A stretch of DNA of 63,666 nt, the filler included, from Reclinomonas americana ATCC 50394 (taxonomy: Eukaryota): assembly GCA_048213135.1 (NCBI GenBank). It is 12 parts of 12 records of this genome, joined end to end, with 100 filler letters (N's around TTAATTAATTAA, not from the genome) between each part and the next. Parts side by side here need not be neighbours in the genome. Positions count along the whole stretch, not along the records: positions 19,340 to 29,156 come from AFZH01019527.1; positions 29,257 to 34,564 come from AFZH01019528.1; 10 more parts are not named here. One strand, written 5' to 3'. Position 1 is the stretch's first letter; the number at the start of each line of letters is the position of its first letter. The notes under the pieces are model-generated. The model did not search any database and was not told the DNA's origin. It saw only the letters and a program-made list of their open reading frames with translations. The position numbers were made by a program, and so were the translations under genes. Positions 23,127-34,664 of the stretch are shown in pieces.

Positions 23127-24268
23127 GTGTGATGTGTCGTTGTCTTGGCTCACGCCACAAGGGGAATATCAACAGCTGCTGTCCAAAAAATGCAGAAATA
23201 ACACAACGACGACGGGCTGGACGTGACTGAAAATGCGACGAAAACGCCAGGGGGTGCTGGAGGTGGAGTGGCGTGTGGTGGTCGGTGGAGATATCTCACG
23301 GAGGAAGAAGGGGCGGAGGAGGATGGGGGGAGGAGGAGGAGGAGGAGGACACCTGTCTGGTGATTTGTCGTGTTCGTCGATCACGACTCGTAAGTGCTGC
23401 AGGAGCGGGAGGGGGACAATTGTTACATGTTTGGGCAGGGAGAGAAGGGCGAGGACTCTGCCTCACATCGGCACGGATTGCAGGCTGGTTGTGGATTGTC
23501 GTCGACAGTAGACAAATATCGAAATTGCATCGAACATGCGGTCGTTCGAACAGCGACTTGCCCGCCACACCTTGCATTCACATCACGAGGTGCAGGAGGG
23601 ATGCGCACAGAGGGTGGCGAAGGGGGAGACTGCAGGTCGTCCAGAAGCGCGTGGGCAGTCGGGGCCAAAAATGGACACATGTACAATTCTCGTGCGCTGC
23701 ATGGTGAAGGGGCGTGATGGTGCAGTGGGTGGGTGTCATCAGTGATGGTGCTGAGTTGTGTATATCACTACGTAGTGCAGCAGGTCCAGTCGCTCGTCCC
23801 CCAGGAGCTCGAGATGATGACAGATCTAGAGTGCTCGACGTCGAGCCAACCGGCGTCCACGGTCGCCAGAAGCGCATGTGGCTGCCAGTGTCTCTTCATG
23901 CAGGAGGTGAATGCAGGGCCGCTTCGAAGCCATCTTGTCACACCAGTTCTCAGTGACGTCGACGTCGACGTCTTCATTCTGTTTGAAAGCAATTCTCTCA
24001 ATGAAGGGTTTCTTTTAGTGGTGCCTAACCTGCACGCTCTTGCACCCTCAGTGATGGTCCCACACGTCTCCCTCAGTTTGTGCACAAACAGCTCGACGTC
24101 ACGTTGTCCCGCAGTGAAACCCCCACCGTTCCCGACGCGCACACGCACAACCACCCAGCCCACCTTGTAGCGCATCGCCTCCCCTCCCAGGTGCACTTCA
24201 CCACACTCAACAAACACTCGCACAAAACAAGCTGCACGTCCCCAAACACACAGGACACGAAACCAAAA

Positions 24269-26924
24269 ATGCGCCGACGCGGAGGCAACAAACAGGTTGT
24301 GATGCCCTCTCCCTGCCTTGCACTTGCACACACACATGCCCATGCACTGCTGCCTCTCATTACCCGCCTGCCTCTTAATTTCCCCACAATATTTTGGCAA
24401 TCAGTCTCTTGTTGATGAAGATGATGATGATGGCGACGATGATAAGAAGAGAGGAAGTAAGCAGCAGCAGCAGCAAAGGAGACTGAATTTGCGGATATTA
24501 CGAGCGCCTGCGCTGGTTGGCGCGTGGCGATTGTTGAGAGGGATAAAGTCGGCGCAGGCGGCGCAGGCGGTGTGCTTCTTTGGAGGGAGTTGGGAGGCGC
24601 GACAGGTGGCGGTGGGAGTGGAGGGGGAAGGAGGAGTGTGAGTCATGGGGGGAAAAGGGGAAGGGAGAAGGGGAAAGGGAAGGAGGAAGGGGAAGTGAGG
24701 GAAAGGCGAGAGAGAGAGAGAGAGTGTGAAAGAGAGAGAAGAGAAGGAGAGAGGATAGGAGAAGAAGAGCATGCCTTTTGCTGATGTTGTGAGAGAAAGG
24801 GGCTGAGGTGCTTCAAGGCTGAGAGGCAGACTGCTGAAGAGCAGGATTCGAGAGAGAGACGGAGAAGGGAAGGAGAGAGGCAAGAGAGAGAGGATAGGAG
24901 GAGAAGAGTGTGCCTTTTTGCTGATGTTGTGAGAGAAAGGGGCTGAGAGACAGGCTGTTGAAGAGCAGGATGAGAGAGAGAGAGGGAGAGGAAAGGAGAG
25001 TGACTGCAGAGAGAGAGAGAGAGACGCATGAAAGATAGGAGGAGAAGAGCATGCCTTTTGCTGATGTTGTGAGAGAATGAGCTGAGAGGCAGACTGTTGA
25101 AGATCAGGATGAGAGAGATAGGGAGAGGAAAGGAGAGTGACTGCAGTGAGAGAAGGAGAATAACTCCTCTTTTGTTTCCGAGCTCATTTCCTTCTCTTGG
25201 CCCTCCCAGATCCCTCTGCGACACACACGACGAAGACAGTGATTTGCGCGCCACCTCACTGACCAGCAGCGTGCACGTCATGGCCAGTGCGCGTGACGTG
25301 CTCTTCGTCGCGAGCACTGCCGGATCGCTGTCGATGCTCCGCGGTGACGAGGAGACAACAGTGCTGGAGATCGACGCCGACAAGAGGAAGCACTCGATTC
25401 GCGTGAACAGTTGCGTGCCGCGCTCAGGTTTCTTGTTGTGAGTTTCTCATCACGGTTAACAAAACACGCAGGCTTGAGTGTGACGCGAGATGGATCGCTC
25501 GTCGCCATGGGTCTGCAGACGGGCGCCGTGCGAGTAGTGCAGGTGGCCGGCGACGGACTGGGGAGCTCAGTGACTTTCGGCGTGCACAAGTCGGCAGTGA
25601 CCAGTGTTGCGCCACGTTACTCTCTTGCCTCTCTCACTCTTCCCGTATTCAACGCGTATCACAGGTCGCCTTCAATCACTCTGGCTCTCATCTCGCCTCC
25701 TCGTCCCTCGACGGCGACGTGTCTATGTGGCCGCAGCATGCGTGGGAGGAGAGCCAGTTGAGTCGGAGGAGTCTGGCCAGCCATGGTGATGACGGTGATG
25801 ACGAAGATGAAGACGACTCTGGTGTCACGCCGCGGGTGCTCACCTCCTGCTCACCGACCTCCACACGCCGGTGGTGCGCGGCGGCAGCGTGGAGCAGCGA
25901 TGATGAGAGGCTTGCCGTGGCCTCGAATTCGCTGGTTTGTGGGGGTGGGAAGGAAGAGGAGCTGAGGCGAGGGGGAGGGAGGGGACAGGGGGGCAACAGA
26001 CGCAGACAAGGGAGTGATGCAGAGGGAAACGAGGGGAATGAGACAGGAAGGGTGCGGAAGAGGAGTGAGTGGGTGTATTTAGAGAGCAATATCTGGTAAG
26101 AACAAGGAAAGGAGGGAACAGAGCACAAGGGGTAGCAAGAGAGATCGCCTCTCCGCCCCTCCTCTCTTTCACTCTTCATTTTATCACTCTCTACTTCGTA
26201 CCATCCCCATTCCGCAGTCCAAGTCTCACAAGTCCTTTCCAACCTCTCCTCTCCACGTGCTGCCGCTTACAGTTTCGCTTCTATTGTCTTCTCTTCTGCG
26301 ACGACCCCCTTTCCGTATTCGTCTCCTTTCCCTCCCTTCTCTCCTCTAATCACCTCTCTCTCCCCCTTTGCCCTCCCCTCCCTTCGCCTCCCTTTGCAGG
26401 TGGACGACGACACGGTCGACGTGTGGAACGTGAGCAGCGGCGAGCTGGAGGGCAGCGGGGTGGGCCACTCGGCCGAGATTGTTGCGCTCGGCTGGTTGCT
26501 GTGCAGTCGACTGGTGGCATCGTCGGCCGAGGATCGCACGCTGCGCGTCTGGGATGCACGCAACATGGAACTGCTATACACGTTGCCAGTGTGCGCGGTG
26601 CCCATGGCGGTGTCGCCGCACGGGACGCACATTGCCGCAGTGGATAAGGCCGCCGGAGTGCTGCGCGTGTACAAAGCCGGTGACCCAGGTGCGCCGCCGT
26701 GCATTGTTCCAAGTATCTTTGATGTAGTGTTTCTAGTATTGAATACTGCTGCAGTGTGGGTGCTCCTGGACGAGGAGCTGAGCTGCGTGGAACGATGCAT
26801 GGCCACCCTGATGAAGGGTCGCACCTTGCCTAGCCACGGAATGCGACGGACATTGGTGTGGAGCGTGCTGTATGGCTGTCTGTGGAAGGAGGCATGTGGG
26901 AGGTTAGCCAGAGTGAATACATGA
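24269..26924 (+). CDS. Divergent intron-rich WD40 protein with the same C-terminal tail
   Basis: Exons MRRRGGNKQ|SLVDEDDD...; WD motifs GVHKSAVTS and GHSAEIVALGW...SSAEDRTLRVWD; tail LLDEELSCVERCMATL...RRTLVWSVLYGCLWKEA. Confidence 0.68.
24745..25145. repeat. Intronic degenerate repeat, about 140-bp unit x3
   Basis: Recurring gccttttgctgatgttgtgagagaa...gctgag. Confidence 0.7.
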
Positions 26925-26976
26925 CAGCAATGATTACAAGAAAACAAGGCCACAAAGGCATTCACTGTGGCACATA

Positions 26977-29900
26977 TTAGAAAGGAGCATTGAGTTGAAC
27001 AAGTGCGAGGAACTCGTCGTACTGCAGTTGCATGGTGGTGAGATGATTTCGGATGTACAGTGGCGACATGACAACTCACCTGCGCCAGCAGCTCGTCGTT
27101 GGACTCCAAGTGCTGCATGCGGAGATCATGATGAGCGCCATGCGACGAGTGCAGGTGGCGAAAGGGACACCTCACCTCCAGCTCGGCGAGAGCTGTTGTC
27201 TCGGAATCGTGCTGCAGGCAACGAAAGGCAGATGAGAACACCCACATGAATGAGCATCTACCGCGATCTGTCACACATCTCGTGTGGTTTACGAAGAAGA
27301 CTGTTTAAGCAGGTGGTCACTTCTGTTCTGAATCTGCCTGTTTGTCTGACGTTCATTGCACACATCAGTGCTCTCCCTCTGCATTCTCACTTCCTTTCGT
27401 CTCTGAACCTGCCTATCCGTTTGCTGCTCTTGTTCACATCCGTGCTCTCCTTCTGCCTTCCCCCCATTCCTTTTCTTCTCAGAACCTGCCTATCTGTTTG
27501 CTGCTCTTATTCACACACGCCATCTCCCACTGCATGCGCACTCTTTTCATTCTGAACCTGTCCTACTGTCTGTCTCCAGTTGTGCCTGCTCGACAAACCC
27601 GTCAATGACCTCTTCACGTCTACATTTCTTTACTTCCCTTTTCCCTCAATGAACTCCTCTCGTCTGCATCTCCACTCCCCTTTCCCTCAATGACCTCCTC
27701 GCGTTTGCATCTCCACTTCCCGTTCCCTCAATAACCTCCTCTCGTCTGCATCTCCACTCCCCTTTCCCTCAGTGACCTCCTCACGTCTACATCTCCAGTT
27801 CCCATTCCCTCAATAACCTCCTCTCGTCTGCATCTTCACTCCCCTTTCCCCTCAATGACCTCCTCCTCTCCACTTCCCTTTCCCTTCCCCCTCACCTCGG
27901 TGTACGCCGCCGCTTGGTAGTACAGCAGATCGGTGAGCTCCTCGTTACCCTCGTCGGTTAACACGCTACCACTGTCGACCTGGGTCAGCGATGTGATGGC
28001 GACACCGTCGACAAAGGCGCGGTGGTCCACGGCGGCGGCGTGGTCGACCAGTCGCTCGGCGGCCTGCAGATGCGCCAGGGTGGAGAGCATGGAGCGCAGT
28101 GTCTCTGTGCGGGGAGTACAAGTGAGGAGCGTGACAGAAACGAGCCGACGTCATCCACGGCACACCTTTGGTTTCTGCGATGCAAACAGAGAATGATGAG
28201 GAAAGAGAAGAAGAGAATGAGATACAGCGCCACTCGAACCTTTCCTGTCGCTGCGGCTGGTGGCAACAACTGCAGGCAAAAGACGTCAACACCGCGAACG
28301 AGAAATGAGTGCGCAGTGATACGCACTCTGCTTCTTCTCCACTGCAGCCGCACTGGCGCTTGCCTCCCGCTCTCCCTCCTCCACATGCACCGGCAGAGCA
28401 ACGTCGTCTGCCGCAATTCATGTGAGTCATAAGCACCAACATTCCCCTGAAGCGACGATCGCAAACCGCTTGTCTCTTCGTCGAGCGTCACCTCAATCGC
28501 TGCACCGTGCTGGTGAGTACGGTCACTGACACACGAACGTCGTCCACCACTGCTTCTCACCTCGGCCTTCAGGAGATCCCGACAGCGCCTCCACTGTGGG
28601 CATTGGATCGGCGACCTCGGCATTCTCCTGCACTGTCGTCTGGCCACCTGCAGTATGACATGTCAGACACCAAGAATATGCTAATCTCCCCCTTCCACAT
28701 GCAAACACGCAACTGATGACAACTGGTGGCTCCACTTGCGGCGCATCGGAACCCGGAGGTGCCGGCTCCACTTGCGGCGATCCATAGCCTGGCGGCGCCG
28801 GTTCGACTTGTGGCGATCCATAGCCCGGAGGCGCCGGTTCCACTTGCGGTGAGCCGTAGCCTTGTGGCGCCGGCTCCACGGAAGGTGAGCCATAGCCTTG
28901 CGGTGCCGGCTCCACAGAAGGCGAACCGTAGCCGAGCGGTGCAGGTTCGACCGACGGTGAGCCGTAGCCGAGCGGTGCCGGCGCCACCTGCGGCGACCCG
29001 TAACCAAGCGGTGCGGGCTCAACCGACGGCGTGCCGTAGCCGAGCGGTGCAGGCACCACCTGCGGTGAGCCGTAACCCTGCGGAGCCGGTTCCACCTGCG
29101 GAGTTCCGTAGCCCTGCGGCGCCGGTTCCACCTGCGGGGTTCCGTAGCCTTGCGGCNNNNNNNNNNNNNNNNNNNNNNNNNNNNNNNNNNNNNNNNNNNN
29201 TTAATTAATTAANNNNNNNNNNNNNNNNNNNNNNNNNNNNNNNNNNNNNNNNNNNNGGACTCGGGCCGGGGCCTGGCGGCTGTGGTGGTGATGGCGGTGG
29301 ATCGGCATTGGGCGAAGGTGGAGGTGGGCCGATGGGTTGCAATGCGCCGGGGCCGTCGGGGGCGCCGGGTGTGCCGGGCGCGGGCACCGAGGTGTCCTCT
29401 TCGAGGACCTGCACGGTGTCGGTCACATCACCGACGCTGCCAATGGGGGCGAGGTCCTCGCCGTTGACCGTGGTGGGGGCTGCGGATGTGGGGAAGGCGG
29501 CAAGAGAAGGGGATTAGGGGAAGGCGGATATGGGGAGGGCGGCAAGAGAAGCGGGAATGAAAGAGGGGAAGTGGGAAAGAGGAAAGAGGAAGAGGGAAAA
29601 CAGGGAAGTGAAGGATGAAAGGACATGAGGCAGAACGAGTGGAGTGAGTTGCTGGGCGAAGATAAAGGTGCAGTACGAATGAGAGAGGGAGAGAGAGGAA
29701 GAGGGAGAAAAAGAAAGAGGATGCACAAGGAAGGGAATAAAATGAACAGAAAGAACGAAAGCAACAGAGCAATGAGAAGACGATCTGCGGTGAGATGATC
29801 ACATGAACAGATATGAAACGATCGAGGACACGACAGTGAACGAGGAAGTGCAAAGTTGGTGATAACAGAACAAGGACAAACAGTGCACGGGCAATGATAA

Positions 29901-30440
29901 GCAAAGAGCGAAGAGACTCATGCACACGACACGCTCTGCATCTTGCTGTGAATGATGACACACCAGTGGCAACTTCTTGGAAGACGCCTGGAGATCATCG
30001 AATGAGTGGAAATAGTGACAGAGATGACAGCAGACAGAGTGATGCAACTGTCGCTGGCTTCGTCGACGCCTTCGGCCAGGGCGGCCACTGTGTCAGACGA
30101 TAGATGTTGAGAGATGGAGAAGACAAGCATCGACGGAAGGAGACAGTGCGAGGGTACCGTATTCCGACAGCTCCGTGGGCTGATCTGAGAGCTCGGCGAA
30201 CGACAGCAGCTGTGCGTCGTCAGCGGTGGGCGAGGTGAGGAGCTGGAGAGGCAAAAGAAGAGTGAGATGAAGAGGGCAAAACAAGAGCGAAAATTAGCAT
30301 CGCAGCACAAGACCTGCGGCACACGCCGTGTGCGGTGGAACTGAGCGACGGTGAACAGATCAGCGATTGTGATTAAACGGGGATGACGAGGAGGAGGAGA
30401 GGTTAAAAGACAAACCTTCTGGGCGGTGTTGGCTGTGAAT
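26977..30440 (-). CDS. Hypothetical multi-exon protein with Pro/Gly/Tyr tandem repeats; 5' end uncertain, spans a gap
   Basis: GC-rich exons with GT-AG flanks on the minus strand (HLQAAERLVDHAAAV, TDTVQVLEEDTSVPAPG); last exon YDEFLALVQLNAPF*. Confidence 0.5.
27603..27880. repeat. Intronic 41-bp minisatellite, about 6 copies
   Basis: caatgacctcctctcgtctgcatctccactcccctttccct units. Confidence 0.85.
28727..29156 (-). repeat. Coding 36-bp tandem repeat (VEPAPxGYGSPQ), about 12 copies, runs into the gap
   Basis: ORF 28523-29131 translation; synonymous variation between units. Confidence 0.85.
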
Positions 30441-31439
30441 GGAGAATGAGAGAAGTGAGTGGTTGGGGAGAGGAAAGGGGAAAGAAGGGAGGAGAGGGGA
30501 GGAAAGGAGGGAAGGAGAAGGGACGGGAAGGAAGGCGGAATGCAACAAAGAGGAACTAGTTGTCCAGGAGAAAAACGGAGAGCGGAATGCAACGAAGAGG
30601 AGACGTGGTGTGAGCATAAAAGAGGGGGTAAGAACACAAGAGCGAGAGAGAGAGGGGAGAGGGAAAGGAAAGTGCAAGGAGAGTGCAATGGAAGGAATAG
30701 ATGTATCGTAAGCTGAGAATGAAGGAAGGAAAGAGGACAGCGACAGAAAGAAGAGTGGCTCTCTCATGAACGCAGTGCTTTCAAGACTCCAGTCTCAGTG
30801 AGTATTGAGCGAGAAGAAAGGGAAGAAAGAGTGGGACGAAAAGGGAGACCGAAGAGAGCAGGAAGTGTGCAATCGGAAACAGAGTGTGTTGAGTGGGAAG
30901 AAAGGAGGGAAGAGAAGGAAGCGCGCAGTCGGAAACAGAGATTGCATTCAAGACTCCCTTCTCGGAGTGTGTTGAGCGGGAAGAAAGGGAGAGGAGAATG
31001 GAATGAGTGGTGGAGAGGTGAGACAGAGAGAAAGAGAGAGAGAGAGAGAGAAGAGCGAGTGAAGAGAGATTGTTGTCTCTGCTGTGCAAGTGCGCTAAAG
31101 ACACATACGTCAGTGTGTTTTGAGTGGGATGAGAGGGAGAAGAGAATAAGAGAACAGAGAGACACACACAAAGAGAGAGGAAGTGTGTGAGGGGAGGAAG
31201 AGACAGAGAGAGACTGAGAGAGAAAGAGCAAGGGAGAGAGACGGAGAAAGAAAGCATGGTGTCTCTGCTGTGAGCGCTCAAGACACACTCCTCTCTGTTG
31301 TGTTGAGTGGAGAGGGGAGAAAGAAGAGAGAGAAAAGAGAGACTGAGTGTGTCCACGCATGAAAGTTAAGCCCTCTCTCTCTGTCTCACTCTCTCACTCA
31401 CTCACTCTCGCTCTCTCTATCTCTCTCTCGCTCTTTCTC

Positions 31440-31481
<42 letters not shown>

Positions 31482-31860
31482 GCACGCAACGCTTGATCAA
31501 CATTATCTCATTTTCATCATCGCCTCTCAGTGGCACACTCAGCGCAATGACCGCAGACAGTAACACAGCCAGCAGCGCACATAGCACAAACAGGTGTGCG
31601 GCTGTGCCACTGCCTCTGTCACGCATTCTCTCTCAGTGAGAAAGAGAGGAGATGGATATCGCGAGCACTTGAGAGGACAATGCGCAAATATCGACAAAAC
31701 GAGGCGCGAGAGTGAGAAAAGTAAGAGTTGCAAAGAACAGTACGCACTATCGCGATCGTTTCTCGGAAGCGGAGACTCGGGGCAAGCAACGAAGGCGAGA
31801 GAGATATAGATATTAGTGTAATATCGGACGTAGTACATGTTTGTCGACAACGACGATCGC

Positions 31861-32155
31861 TTTGCGAATCCCAACGGCAACACAGCTGCATGATGATCAC
31901 CATCTTGAGTGAGCACCGGAAACTGAGGCAGCGGTGAAGCGGCAAGAGCTAAAAGTAGAAATGTCCGATACTGGCGAATCTGCATGAGAAACCACGGCTC
32001 ATGACATTTGCGAATCCCAACGGCAACACAGCTGCATGATGATCACCATCTTGAGTGAGCACCGGAAACTGAGACAACAGAGAGGCAGCAAGAGAGAAAA
32101 GTAGAAATGTCCGATACTGGCGCCGGCGAATCTGCAAGAGAAACCACGGCTCATG
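31861..32155. repeat. 146-bp tandem duplication of a dispersed repeat
   Basis: Two copies starting at 31861 and 32007; a related copy lies at 52342-52452. Confidence 0.8.
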
Positions 32156-32632
32156 ATGACACGCATGGATTTGACGATGAATTCCATAGAAACATCAACT
32201 AAAACGCCAGTCTTGAGGGCAGCAGCAGGTTTCTGTCTATTTGCCCTCGAAGCTTCAAATTCGAACAAGTCGAGAACTGCGCATGCGATCCTTCCGTGGT
32301 TGACGGTCGACCTGGTTGACCAGTGGATTTCACCCACTTGCACAGGCGCTCAGCGCCTACTGCAGTCGTACACGGCACATTCAGTCTCGGGAAAAAAGTC
32401 AGGCATGCGCAAACAAAGCACATCCGGATCCGTGTGGCAAGCAGCATTTGAGCTTCAAGTGCCAGAAACAGCACCGCATTTGTGCTGCGGTGACAGGTTT
32501 CACGTCCTGTCTCGTGGCGTGGTGGTTTCACGCAAATAAACACCCATGCAATAAGACAAATCCGACGCATAAATAGTCCTCTGTCCGCCTGCCAGTGTTC
32601 GAATTTGATTTTGCGTCGAGAGCAAGAGAGAC

Positions 32633-33392
32633 ATGATGTTGCGTGCGTGCGTGTGCGTTTATGGGAAGGGGAAAAGATCCAGGCATCGTCCTCTCTCTCT
32701 CTCTTTCTCCCCACTGTGCATGATATCTGTTTTCGAATCTCCGTCTCTACCCCCTCTCCCACTCTCCCCTTTCCCCCCCCCCCCCCCCACTTCACCCCCT
32801 TCCCTTCTCACACAGGAACGCCCCAGTCGATGTGGTCCCCGCCTGGACCTTGGCGCACCGCGGCGACCTGCCCGCCCTCCAGCAACTGATGCACGACCAC
32901 GGCGCCGGCATTCTCCTGCAGCGCGCACACATGAATGGCTTCGGTCAGTCGGTGTATTACATCGCAGCTCGCAAAGGCCACCTGCAGATGTTGCAGTTCC
33001 TGCGCGACTGCGAGGTGGGCGACCAGCTGGCGGCACTGCTGAGCGACGAGAACTGGACGCCGTTGACGGGCGCGGCGTGGAAGGGCCGCGAGGAGGTCGT
33101 GCAGTGGCTGCTGGCCGAGGAGCGCCGGTGCCCACGTGCGGTGGTGCTCGCTGTTTCGCGAGACCACGCCAACCCGGCACGAGCGACGGCCCTGCATTGT
33201 GCGGCACTTGGCAACCGCGTGGAGATTGCCCGGCACATCGCCACGGCCTATCCCGAGCTGCTCGATGTGCGCGATATTGACGGCGACACGGCCGAGGAGG
33301 TGGCACGCGGTGAAGGGCACGACGAGCTGGCCGACATTCTACAAGTCATGCGCGAGCAGCTCGCGCAACGCGATGCCAACGAGAATGACTAG
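32633..33392 (+). CDS. Small ankyrin-repeat protein
   Basis: GQSVYYIAARKGHLQMLQFL, WTPLTGAAWKGREEVVQWLL, ATALHCAALGNRVEIARHI, DIDGDTAEEVA; short first exon inferred, main exon from 32816. Confidence 0.85.
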
Positions 33393-33434
33393 AGAGGGAA
33401 GGAGGAAAGGGAGAGCGTGTTATATATTAGAGTG

Positions 33435-34498
33435 TTATACACGAGTGTGACGGTGAGGGTGAGGGTGCGCGGGTGCTGGCCCCCGCCGCCGCCTCTGCGC
33501 TGAGCATGTCGCTGGGTGGTGTGGTTAGTGAAGTGTCAATGTCGTCCTCCATGGCCACGGAGAGAAGCGAGGTGGGCAAGCCGTCGCGGCGGGCGCGCAC
33601 CTGGCGGACGGCGTAGTGGAGGAATTCGGTGATGCCGTCGCCGGTGGCGCTGGAGCAGCAGTGGATGGGAGGGCACTGAAAGAGGGGGGAAGGGGGAAGG
33701 GGGGAAGTGGGGAGGGGGGATTAGGGGGGAAGGGGGGAAGGGGGATTAGGGGGATAAGGAGAAGGGGAAGAAGGAAAAAAGAGGGAGACGGGAAAAGGGG
33801 AAGAGGAAGGAGGGAGGAGGAGGGAAGGGAAACAGATGAGAGGAAGGAATAGAGAAGGGCAAAGGAAGGTGCGAAAGAAAGGCAGTTCTAGAAGCGAAAG
33901 AGGGAAAGCAGATGTGGAAAAAAATAAGGCAGATGTGGAGGAGAGGCGATCGTAAAAGTGGAAATGAGAAGGCAATTAGAAAATGACAGAGACAGGCAGG
34001 CGGAGCAGAATGCTGAATGACGGCAGGCTGCTAGAGGAAGAGAAAACAACGGGCGATGGCGGCGAACATGAGCCAGAAGAGACAAGAAGCAGAGAAAAAA
34101 GCGGAAAGGAAAAGTTGCAAAGTAAGATAATCCGAAAGCGATGATGCAGAAGAGGAGAGCAAAGCAGACAACCAGGAGCAGAGTGGAATGAAACAGTGGA
34201 CGAGATCCCAGAAACAAGTACTGCTCGAAGAAAAAAGTTCGATGTGCACACTGGCACCCCCTTCTCCCAACCCGTTTCCCACTCACATGCCGATTCTTGC
34301 TCAACAGCTCCTTCACCTCCGCCACCGTGGTCTCCCACTCGAAGCGCGGCCGATCGACCTTGTTCACCACCACCAGCACGAGGGCGTCGTCGAGGCCAGT
34401 GCGGCACTCTAACCGCCACCACAGGCCGCGCAGGAACTCAATGGATGTGTAGTCGACGACGCTGAGCATGAGGACAAAGGCGTCGGCGGCGGGGAGCT
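33435..34498 (-). CDS. Ras-superfamily small GTPase, 3' part (5' exons in the gap)
   Basis: ADAFVLMLSVVD; LVVVNKVD (G4); CSSATGDGITEFL (G5). Confidence 0.75.
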
Positions 34499-34664
34499 GT
34501 GAGAGGGGGAAGGGAGGTTGGAATGTTGTGCCAAGAAAAAGAAGAAGAAGAAAAAGGGAAAAGGNNNNNNNNNNNNNNNNNNNNNNNNNNNNNNNNNNNN
34601 NNNNNNNNTTAATTAATTAANNNNNNNNNNNNNNNNNNNNNNNNNNNNNNNNNNNNNNNNNNNN

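Noticed and set aside
23300..24180. Possible small minus-strand gene between the AAA and WD40 genes
   Set aside because: Coding-like, but I could not build a consistent exon chain or recognise a domain
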